Shown here piece after piece: positions 31,663-41,130 of a DNA stretch of 64,000 bases. Under the pieces are notes generated by a model. That model had not been told where the DNA came from. It was given only the letters and a program-made list of their open reading frames with translations, and ran no database searches. A program made the translations under genes and the position numbers. Source of the stretch: an uncultured delta proteobacterium (GTDB lineage Bacteria > Desulfobacterota > Binatia > UBA9968); the NCBI GenBank assembly GCA_963771465.1, contig CAVYTU010000005.1:1-64000 (forward strand), read 5' to 3'. The number at the start of each line of letters is the position of its first letter. Position 1 is the first letter of the stretch.

Positions 31663-33201
31663 CTACTTGGCCGGATGAATTCTCTTTGGAAGCGTCACTG
31701 TAAATGTGGACCCCCTCCCCACTTCGCTTTCGACAGTAATCGATCCGCCTAAAACATGGACGAGCCTTTTCACAATCGCCAGCCCGAGACCGGTGCCTCG
31801 ATATTTCCCATCTCTCGTCAACCGACCCCGGTCGAATTCATCGAAAATTCGAGTCACGTCCGCGCGTTCGATGCCGATTCCAGTATCAGCAACAGTCAAC
31901 TTGAAATCACCGTTTTCCTGACAGGCCGAGATTCTAATCTCGCCGCGATCGGTAAACTTTACCGCGTTGCCCAACAAGTTGAGAATGATCTGCCTCAGTT
32001 TTTCACGATCGGTGTGAAGCGGGGCAAGATTCGACGCGATATCACGGATAAGACTCACGCAGTCTTTGTCCAACATAGATTCGACCATAGCGGTCGCGCC
32101 TTGAATTACCTCCTCAACTATTACCGGCTCGGCTAGAATCTCTACCTTGCCTGCTTCGATCTTCGCGAAATCGAGGAGACTGTCGATGAGGTTTAGCTGG
32201 CGCATGGCGTTGTTGAGCAAATCTTGAAGATTTTCCGTTTGCAATGGTGAAAGCGTACCTTGGGTTTGGCGCAGAAGTAAGTGGGCGTAGCCGATGATCG
32301 CGCTCAGCGGCGTGCGAAGTTCATGGTTTACGTTGGCGAGGAACCGCGATTTATGACGATTAGCGGTGTCGAGCTGCTTATAAAGCTGTCCCAGCTCATC
32401 GTTCATCAGGTTGAGGTTGGCCGCTAGCGTCCCCAATTCGTCCCGGTTCAGAACCTCGACATGCTGCGAAAAATCGCCTGAAGTGATCTGCTTGAGCCGC
32501 GAATTCATCTCTTTAACCGGCCCGATTAGCGACCTAGAAAACACGTAGCCGAGCAGGAGGGCCAAGCCGATGCTCCCGACGACAAACCCGATCACGACCC
32601 ATCGTGAGGTTAAGTAGGCAGCGTGGCTCGTCTCGATGCTTGCCACGACGTCGGCTGCCGCTCTATTTACCAGTTGGTTCGTGAGGCGTTCCAGGCGGTC
32701 TGCTAAAGGACCAGCCTGCGCGAGTTCAAGCTGCTGCGCTTCGTTAGCTTTTCCCGCGCGGATAAGCTCCACGACCCTAGTCACTACGTCGACAAACTGG
32801 CCGTAGTTCTTTTCTACTTGACCGAGAAGCTCCGCCTCATCCCTGGCAACAAACTGAAGTCGATCAAGGTCGTAGCCGAACTGGTTAAGCTGGCGCAACG
32901 TCGCCGTAAGCGTTTGTTCGTCCGGAAGCAAAAGAGCCGAAGCAATGTTGTAAAGCTGGGCCGTGGTGCCGTGCTGGAGTTGGCGATAGGCAGCGATTTT
33001 CCTCTCAAGCTTTGCCATCTCCTCTGCCCGGCGGTTTACTTCGCTTAACACCTTAAGGCCAACGACCCCGACCATGATGAGCAGTACGACGATGGCCAAG
33101 AAAGAGGCCAAGAGTTTGCTGTAAACCGTCGCCGGCACACGAGCGACGAGACGGGGCAGCCAACCTACTATTCTCCGGCCGTCTTTCTCAGCGTCCGTCA
33201 C
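31663..33201 (-). CDS. Membrane sensor histidine kinase (periplasmic four-helix sensor, HAMP, HisKA, HATPase)
   Basis: Two TM helices, NHELRTPL, NLLGNAVKFT, DTGIGI, GTGLGL. Confidence 0.92.
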   Translation of the reverse strand: MTDAEKDGRRIVGWLPRLVARVPATVYSKLLASFLAIVVLLIMVGVVGLKVLSEVNRRAEEMAKLERKIAAYRQLQHGTTAQLYNIASALLLPDEQTLTATLRQLNQFGYDLDRLQFVARDEAELLGQVEKNYGQFVDVVTRVVELIRAGKANEAQQLELAQAGPLADRLERLTNQLVNRAAADVVASIETSHAAYLTSRWVVIGFVVGSIGLALLLGYVFSRSLIGPVKEMNSRLKQITSGDFSQHVEVLNRDELGTLAANLNLMNDELGQLYKQLDTANRHKSRFLANVNHELRTPLSAIIGYAHLLLRQTQGTLSPLQTENLQDLLNNAMRQLNLIDSLLDFAKIEAGKVEILAEPVIVEEVIQGATAMVESMLDKDCVSLIRDIASNLAPLHTDREKLRQIILNLLGNAVKFTDRGEIRISACQENGDFKLTVADTGIGIERADVTRIFDEFDRGRLTRDGKYRGTGLGLAIVKRLVHVLGGSITVESEVGRGSTFTVTLPKRIHPAK

Positions 33202-33310
33202 GTGAGGCTCTCGCGCCGAGCAAAGCTTAACCTCAGGTTTGGCATTTTGGATGTTAGATTTTTCAATTTAGGTTGCCGGAAATTCAGGAACTGACACGCC
33301 AAATCCAAAA

Positions 33311-33893
33311 TCATTTTACTTCGTGCAGCAAGCTCTGCAGGTCTCGCAACATCTCATCCGGATTGAACCGGACTCCCATGTACTGGACGCGCAGAATTCC
33401 CTTTTGGTCCACAAGCGAAGTCAAAAAAGTATGGTCCACATCGCCCCGGGGTCCCTTTTTGTAGTAGATCCCATAGTTCCGCGACACCTCCCGGATCTCG
33501 GCCGGCGAGCCGGTGAGAAATGCGCACCCGGCCGTGTTAGCTCGATATGCCTCAGCATAGCGCTTGAGGACCGCCGGGGTGTCACGCTCCGGATCCACAG
33601 TAATTGAAAGAAAAAATACCTGAGGACCGAGCATGGCCGAGTCGGTTCTGGATACCGGCCATCTCGGCCGTCAGCAGCGGACAAGTGTCCGTGCAGCTTG
33701 CAAAGATGAACATGATGGCAAGCACCTTGCCGCGCAGTTCCTTCAGAGTAAGCCGCTTACCATCTTCCGTGGTGAGCGTGAACTGGGGTGCCAGCTTGAT
33801 CTTTGACAGAGTTTCGCCAGCGGCAGTGCACATTGCCGCGCCAAAAAAGAAAACAATCACCAAGGTGGCAAGAATCTTGGTACATCGGTTCAT
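33311..33893 (-). pseudogene. SCO family copper chaperone, one frameshift near 33630
   Basis: Signal peptide and CTDTCP (CxxxC) in one frame; SITVDPERDTP and DVDHT in the next. Confidence 0.85.
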
Positions 33894-34071
33894 TGCCACA
33901 GCTGACACCTGAAACCTCATAACTAGCAAGTTCTCAGAGTCCTCCGACGGGCGCTGCTCAGAGCCTGCACTGAGTTTACCGAAGTGACGAACGGACAAGA
34001 ATTGATATCATTGCTGATTCTCCGTTCATGCCGAGGTTCTCGAAGCATTCCGAATTGTTTTCAGGAACCTG

Positions 34072-35100
34072 CTACACCTTCAGCTCTTTCTTCAGCTCCC
34101 TAATAAACCGCCAGTCCGTGCCCTGCGCAATGATCTTCTGCGGGCTCGACTTGATCATGCCAATCTCGTGCAATTGTAGCGAGTAGAACCGTATCGTGTC
34201 CGCTGGATCGTATTCTCGCCAATGCCCGTAGCACATCGCCATCTCATTCATAGTTTGAAGAGCGTACTTGAAGTTTGCCGTGTAGCCTTTGTCGACGAGA
34301 AACCGAGCGACTCGCTCCGGTTCGCGGGCGCAGATGTCGGCTGCTTTCATAAACGCGCGCAATGCCCGTTTGGTAGCGCCAGGGTACCGTTTAACAAAAC
34401 TTTTGTTTGCGGTAACCATGCAGCAGAAGTAGTGAGACCACGGGCGATCGACCATACTGTTGAGAATGACGTGACCAATCTTCTTTTCCCGTAGTTCTTG
34501 TGGCTCCGGCGGAAAACCAAGCAGAGCGTCGATCTTACCTGCAGCGAGAAGTCGTATTGCCTCAGCGCCAGGATGGACAACCCAATTGATGTCTTTAGTG
34601 GGGTTTAAACCGACGTAGGCTAGTATCGTGGAAAGAAAAATATGCTGGCTCGATCCCATCTCGATTACCGCCACGGTCTTGCCTTTGAGGTCGCGGACCG
34701 CGCGGACTCGATTGGTACCAAAGAGTTCAAAGCATCCCACGTGGGCCCCAGCCAACATTACGATTGGATCCCCAGCGTCTATTCGGATGATATTCGGGGC
34801 AGCGAAGTGGAAGCCAATATCGATCTCGCCAGCGGCCAGTGCCGTCTCAATGTCTCTGGTCCCCGGTATCTTGGGGTACTGCACATCAGTAAAGCCCTCA
34901 GCCCGCAAGATTTCTTCCGCGAGGTACTGCGGAGCCGAGCAAATGCCAGGCTTCTGGTATAGCCTCACCCTAGTGGTCTCCGGCGGTGGCTCAGCGGCCA
35001 GCGAGTCGCGGTGTAGCCCGAAGAGAGCCGCAGTTCCTGCAAGAGTCGCCCCTTTTAGAAACGCCCTCCGATTCCAGCCTTGAGATCGTTGACCACTCAT
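34072..35100 (-). CDS. Tat-exported NMT1/SsuA-family substrate-binding protein
   Basis: NRRAFLK Tat motif; DLKGKTVAV; RBS GGAGG. Confidence 0.88.
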   Translation of the reverse strand: MSGQRSQGWNRRAFLKGATLAGTAALFGLHRDSLAAEPPPETTRVRLYQKPGICSAPQYLAEEILRAEGFTDVQYPKIPGTRDIETALAAGEIDIGFHFAAPNIIRIDAGDPIVMLAGAHVGCFELFGTNRVRAVRDLKGKTVAVIEMGSSQHIFLSTILAYVGLNPTKDINWVVHPGAEAIRLLAAGKIDALLGFPPEPQELREKKIGHVILNSMVDRPWSHYFCCMVTANKSFVKRYPGATKRALRAFMKAADICAREPERVARFLVDKGYTANFKYALQTMNEMAMCYGHWREYDPADTIRFYSLQLHEIGMIKSSPQKIIAQGTDWRFIRELKKELKV

Positions 35101-35337
35101 AACAACCTCCCTCCAATCAGTCTCTCGTTGATCGGACCCGCCAAGCCCAGGTCGCGCACTGTGTCTAAGCTAGCTGTCAATCCGTTGTTCATCTCCAATC
35201 GAAAGCGAGTATAACCTTGACTGAACCGCAAAATAGATGCCGCCCTAACGTTTGCTAAGACTGATTGCAGAAAACGTGGATTAGCGAATAAATTTCTTAC
35301 GCCATGATCGATCTGATCCACGACTGTAGAAACAAGA

Positions 35338-35377
35338 GGGTGTCTTTTTACACACCCATGGTGTCGAAAAAAACACC
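35338..35377 (+). promoter_or_regulatory. Tandem palindromic enhancer (UAS) sites, module 1
   Basis: GGTGT-N8-ACACC twice, starts 21 bp apart, about 80-115 bp upstream of the sigma54 promoter. Confidence 0.6.
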
Positions 35378-35453
35378 GTCTTAATCGTCCAACGCGCACT
35401 TCTTTATCAGCTCTCTGCAATCAACTCAATCACTTAGCCTACCCGCATTACGC

Positions 35454-35469
35454 TGGCACTACGGTTGCT
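35454..35469 (+). promoter_or_regulatory. sigma54 -24/-12 promoter, module 1
   Basis: TGGCAC-TACGG-TTGCT, preceded by IHF-like CTCAATCACTTA. Confidence 0.8.
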
Positions 35470-35484
35470 CATGGGCTCACCGCA

Positions 35485-36648
35485 ATGATGACTCAGAACG
35501 CACCGCAACCAGAGAAAACAGCTGACCTGCGCAGCGTACACACCTCGAATCTGCCCGAGCTATTTGACCAGCTTGGGAATCAGTCTGATCGTTTCCACTT
35601 ATCAAGCGGGCAAGGCTATCGTTGTGCGCAACGATAACGGCACGCTTAACACTCACTTCCGAACATTCGCTAAGCCGATGGGTATCGTCGCCGACAACAA
35701 TCGGTCTGACGATCGGCGGCGCCAACACCGTCTGGGAGTATCGCAACATGCCGGCGGTGGCGAAAAAACTGGAGCCGGCAGGAAAACACGACGCCTGCTA
35801 TCTGCCGCGCCGAATTCATGTCACCGGCGACATCGACATCCACGAGCTTGCGCTGGGACGGCAACAACGAGCTTTGGGTGGTCAATACGCGCTTTTGCTG
35901 TCTCTGCACGCTCGACGCCGATCATAGTTTCTATCCGCGCTGGCGCCCGCCGTTTGTCAGCGCGTTGGCCCCCGAAGACCGCTGCCATCTCAATGGCCTG
36001 GCCATGGTCGATGGCCGTCCTAAATACGTCACCGCGTTGGGCGAAACCGATACGCTTGCCGGTTGGCGCGCCAACAAAGCCAAGGGCGGCGTGCTTATAG
36101 ACGTAGAGAGAAATCAAGTCTTGCTCCGCGGACTGTCCATGCCGCACTCGCCGCGCTGGCACCAGGGCAAACTCTGGCTGCTCGAATCCGGCGAAGGAAG
36201 CTTGGCGCAGGTCGATCTTGAGCGGCGGACCTGGCGCACCGTCGCGCAGGTTCCCGGTTTCACGCGGGGCATCGACTTCGTCGGACCGTTGGCTTTCATC
36301 GGCCTGTCGCAGGTGCGCGAGAGCGCCGTCTTCAGCGGCATTCCGTTGGTCGAGCGCGTGAGCGAGCGCACCTGCGGCGTATGGGTGGTCAACATCGAAA
36401 CCGGTCAGACCGTCGGCTTCCTGCGATTCGAAGCCGGCGTGCAAGAGATCTTCGCCGTTCAGATACTGCGCGGTATGCGCTTCCCCGAATTGCTGGAATG
36501 GAACGATCAGCGCCTCGCCCAATCCTACGTGTTACCGGACGAAGCACTGGCCGACGTGGTCGTGGCCACCGAGGGCACAGAAGTCCCTAAACTCTCGAAA
36601 AATCGATTGGAATCTCGAAATCCGAAACAAATCCAAATAAACCAATAG
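35485..36648 (+). pseudogene. TIGR03032/DUF4915 family protein, copy 1 (several 1-nt indels)
   Basis: SLIVSTYQAGK, HVTGDIDIHE, VNTRFCCL, APEDRCHLNGLA, GLSMPHSPRW, PGFTRG, FIGLSQVRE spread over frames. Confidence 0.85.
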
Positions 36649-36697
36649 AACAAATTTCAAAACTAGCTCATTGATCAAAGATGGGAAAGGACAAGCG

Positions 36698-38879
36698 ATG
36701 AAATACTTCGATCTCTATGCGTCGTATCCTGACTCATACCATCGCCGCCGCCTGGGACTCTCAGGTCAAAGAAGCGGACAAGACTTCGTGGCTTGCCGAG
36801 CACTTTAGCCACGCGTGAGAGCGAGCTGTTTGCGCGCTTCGCAGCGTGTTACGCGGAGCTGCGCGCCTTGCCCCGCAGCGCGCGGCGCACTCTCCAGCGA
36901 CGAATCGCGCGCTCCAGCGAGCTGGCCGCGATCTTGCCGGAATACTTACAGCAGGGTGGACGACGACTACAGCATAGGATGGCTTGGTCGTTGGCCGGCG
37001 CCGCTTTATTGCTGGCGCTGGGGCAAGGAGTGGCGACGGCGGCCACGATCACTGTCACGACAAACAATCCTAACATCATAGCCGATGGCCAGTGTTCGCT
37101 GATCGAAGCGATCGTCAACGCCAACAACGATGCAGCGACTCACACCGACTGCCCGGCGGGCAGCGGAGCGGACACGATCGTGCTGCCGGCAAATGCCAAC
37201 GTGATACTCAGTACGTTAGTAGACAATAGCGCCCTCGGCCCTACGGGTCTGCCGCTGATTACCAGTCAGATCATGATTGAAGGCAACGGCGCCACGATTG
37301 CTCGCCAAGGGAACGCACCCGCCTTCGGTCTCATGGCCGTGAGAGACCCGGGGATCTGACGCTTCAGAATGTGACTCTGAGCGGAGGATCTTCTTCCGGA
37401 GTTGGTGGTGGCGTATTGAACGGAGGATACTCGGCATCAAAGACAGCATCATCTCAATACCGCATTCTGGGGCGGGAACCCTCACAATTGAGAACAGTAC
37501 CATCTCTGGTAATACGGCCAATGCTGGCGGCGGCGTATTCATGTCCTACGGCACTGTCACGATCAAGAACAGCACCATCTCGAACAATGCCGCGATTGAC
37601 GGCGGTGGCGTTTATAAGACCTGGCTCCTACGGATTCGGTGGCGGCAGACTTACGATTAACAACAGCACTGTCTCAGGCAATGGCGCCACTAACAACGGT
37701 GGTGGAATAGCTTCGTATAGTGTCACGATCAATAACAGTACTATCTCAGGCAATACTGCTATTAACAGCGGTGGCGGTGTATATAACTCGCTGTATTGCT
37801 TTTATTGCAGCAACGGCGGTGTCCTCACCCTCAACGATAGCTTGATCGCTGGCAACCAGGCGACCGTTGGAGCCGAAATAGCAAATATTAACGGTAGTCT
37901 CGTCGACGCCAACAACTTCAACCTATTTGGGACTAATGGCAATGCGGGTGTCAGCGGCTTTACACCCGGGCCGACCGATATCGTGCCCGGCGTTTCGCTA
38001 GCGCAAATCCTGGGTCCCCTGCAAGACAACGGTGGTCCGACCCAGACCCACGCGCTGGTCGCCGGCAGTCCAGCGATCGATGCGGGCGATCCTAGCGGCT
38101 GCCGGGATAGCCTGGGTGCGATTCTCACAATCGACCAGCGGGGCTTTGCTCGTCAGTTTGACGGCGATCACAACGGCACGAGCCGATGCGATATCGGGGC
38201 CTATGAGCTTGGCAGCATACTCGTTGCGAGCAGCGAAACTTTCGTTCGTCAGCAGTATTTGGATTTTTTGGATCGCGACCCGGAATCCGCAGGCCTTTCC
38301 GGTTGGGTGAATGCCCTCGACGCCGGATTGCCGAGAGCGAGCTTGATTGAGAGATTTATGGATTCCGGAGAATTCTTTTTCAAGGGCAAATTCATTGCCC
38401 AAATTTACCTAGGACTTTTAACCCGGGATGCTGACTTTAGTGGCTTTCGTGGTTGGCTAGAAGTCTTGCTGACTGGAGTATCGCATGAACAAATCGTGGA
38501 GTGGTTTTTAGATTCCGCCGAATTCACCAATAGATTCGGCAGCAGTCTAACCAACAGCCAGTTTATCGAGCGGATGTACAATAACGTGTTGCTACGTTCA
38601 ACGGCCCCCGGGGAGCTTAATTTTTGGGTTGAGCAATTAACCACCGGACAGCTGACAAGGGCACAGGTGGCGCTGGGTATCTTAGACTCGGATGAATTTC
38701 AAAATCTTGGTGCGAGTCAGAATCGGGTGGATATCTCGCTGTTGTATTTTGACATGTTGCGTCGGGACCCTGACCCAGGGGGCTTTTCTGGTTGGGTTGG
38801 AGTATTGAACTCCGGAGTGCCGCTCATATCCGTGATTGATGGATTTTTGAACTCTACTGAATATCAGACCGGGTTCTAG
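36698..38879 (+). pseudogene. Surface protein copy 1: extended leader + CSLREA + beta-helix + choice-of-anchor Q + DUF4214 (several indels)
   Basis: ATG 36698 MKYFDLYASYPD; DGQCSLIEAI; GPLQDNGGPTQTHALVAGSPAIDAG..DQRG..CDIGAYE; FVRQQYLDFLDRDPE, LLYFDMLRRDPDPGG. Confidence 0.8.
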
Positions 38880-38999
38880 TGCGCCGACTGCCTTTTTGGA
38901 GTATTCAATCTGCAGGGGATTTGTAAATTTGCGCCTAAGCAAGATCGTGGTCAGTAAAGCATTTCTGTCGGCACATAGAAGACCCTGGGGGCAAAGCGT

Positions 39000-39500
39000 A
39001 CGACCGGAGTTGCTCGATCTTAAAAGCGGTGAGCGACGCCGTCGAGAGATTGAACTTCAATGAAACGCATCTCGAAGATCAAGTGGCGGCGTTGCAGTTT
39101 TTGCAGGCGCTCCGATATGTGGACAAAAACCTAACCGGCAGTCATGGGTTTTTCACTCGGTGGAATCCAGACGATGCTTGCCGTTGAGTACGGTCCGGGA
39201 TATCGCGTAGCGGTGAACTGCTCGGGGGCTGCTGAGACATGGAGAAGGTCTTCGTTTTTGCGCGAACGCCTCCTCACAACTGCTACAAGCAAAGCAAAAA
39301 TGCTTGTGTTTTTCTGCAGGCGGAAAACGAGCATAACCTGACACCTAACGCGTCTTGAGCGAGGAAGTTCGCAAAGCCGATCAACCCGTTAAAGCGAAAG
39401 TGTATCCGCCTTCGGCACTGGCCCCCGCGACGGACACAGTTTCTGCACGCGCGGCAGTAAGACTTAGGGCGCCAACGTTCTTCGATTCATCGAAACATAT
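39000..39500 (+). pseudogene. Remnant of an alpha/beta-hydrolase (dienelactone hydrolase-like) gene
   Basis: LEDQVAALQFLQAL.YVD followed by VMGFSLGGIQT nucleophile elbow; several frameshifts; ends approximate. Confidence 0.5.
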
Positions 39501-39678
39501 CTGCAATAGCCGCGCCTTTACCGGTTCACGGATCGGGCTGGATCAAACTCTCTTGCCTTTATACTCTGACAATTTCGTTGAGCCCGATTTTTTCTCATCA
39601 CACCAATAACTTAATCCGATTCATTTGCGTCGGCGTAAAGCTCACCTTGGCGATACCGTTTGTGTTCCAAAGAAACGC

Positions 39679-39718
39679 GGTGGCTTTTATAGACACCAGG
39701 GGTGGCGAATGAACCACC
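39679..39718 (+). promoter_or_regulatory. Tandem palindromic enhancer (UAS) sites, module 2
   Basis: GGTGG-N9-ACACC and GGTGG-N8-CCACC at the same position as in module 1. Confidence 0.55.
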
Positions 39719-39796
39719 GTCGTTAAAGGTCCAGCAAACATCTATACTTGTTCTGCTCTCATCAACTCAAATGACTTAGCTCGATCTCTTTTCCGC

Positions 39797-39812
39797 TGGC
39801 ATTGCGGTTGCT
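39797..39812 (+). promoter_or_regulatory. sigma54 -24/-12 promoter, module 2
   Basis: TGGCAT-TGCGG-TTGCT, same distance to ATG as module 1. Confidence 0.8.
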
Positions 39813-39827
39813 CATTGCATCGCAGTA

Positions 39828-40990
39828 ATGATCACCCAAACCGCACCGCAATCGGAAAACACGGCTGACCTGCGCAGCGTACACACCTCGAATCTGCCCG
39901 CGCTATTCGACCATCTGGGGATCAGCCTGATCGTTTCCACTTATCAGGCGGGCAAAGCCATCGTCGTACGCAACGACGACGGCACGCTCAACACTCACTT
40001 CCGCACCTTCGCCAAGCCCATGGGCATCGCCGTCGACGACACCCGCCTGACCATCGGCGGCGCCAACACCGTCTGGGAGTACCGCAACATCCCGGCCGTG
40101 GCCCGCAAACTGGAGCCGGCCGGAAAGCACGACGCCTGCTATCTGCCGCGCCGCATTCACGTCACCGGCGACATCGACATCCATGAGCTGGCCTGGGACG
40201 GCAACACGAGCTCTGGGTGGTCAACACCCGCTTCAGCTGTCTGTGCACACTCGACGCCGACCACAGCTTCTATCCGCGCTGGCGGCCGCCGTTCGTCACC
40301 GCCCTGGCGCCGGAAGACCGCTGTCATCTTGAATGGCCTGGCCATGGTCGACGGCCGCCCCAAGTACGTCACCGCGCTGGGCGACACCGACACGCCCGGC
40401 GGCTGGCGCGCCAACAAAGCCAACGGCGGCGTGCTGATGGACGTAGAGCCGCAATGCAATCCTGCTCCGCGGCCTCTCCATGCCGCACTCGCCGCGCTGG
40501 TACCAGGGCAAACTCTGGCTCTGGAATCCGGCGAAGGAAGCTGGCTCAGGTCGATCTCGGCGCGGCACCTGGCAGACCGTCGCCCAGCTCCGGTTTCACG
40601 CGGGGCATCGACTTCGTCGGACCGCTGGCCTTCATCGGCCTCTCCCAGGTGCGCGAGAGCGCCGTGTTCAGCGGCATTCCGTTGGTCGAGCGGCTGAAGG
40701 AGCGCACCTGTGGCGTCTGGGTGGTCAACATCGAGACCGGCTCAGACCGTCGGCTTCCTGCGCTTCGAGGCGGGGTGCAAGAGATCTTCGCCGTGCAGGT
40801 GCTGCCCGGCATGCGCTTCCCCGAATTGCTGGAATGGAACGATGAGCGGCTCGCCCATTCCTACGTGCTACCGGACGAAGCATTGGCCGACGTGGTCTTA
40901 CCCACCGAGCCAAACCAGTTGCCATCTGCTGCCTCGATAAAGCGACTAGCGGAAGCATCGAGTAACGGAAAACTCGAAACCATGTCCTGA
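39828..40990 (+). pseudogene. TIGR03032/DUF4915 family protein, copy 2 (several indels)
   Basis: Same motifs as copy 1, across ORFs 39828..40697, 40217..40990 and 40480..40845. Confidence 0.85.
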
Positions 40991-41130
40991 GCGAAGCCGA
41001 AGGATCGAAAACCGAAATTCGAAACAAATCCAAATGATCGAAATAGCACAAAGTTCCAAACAAGCTCGGTTCGGATTTTGATTAACCTGAAACCCGAAAC
41101 CAGACACCTGAAGCCGGCAAAGGAGATGCT

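Larger units (their letters stand above)
35338..38954 (+). repeat. Copy 1 of ~3.6-kb tandem duplicated module
   Basis: UAS, promoter, both genes and a ~75-nt 3' tail (GCGCCGACTGCC...CTAAGCAAGATCRTGGTCAG) match 39679-43285. Confidence 0.85.
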
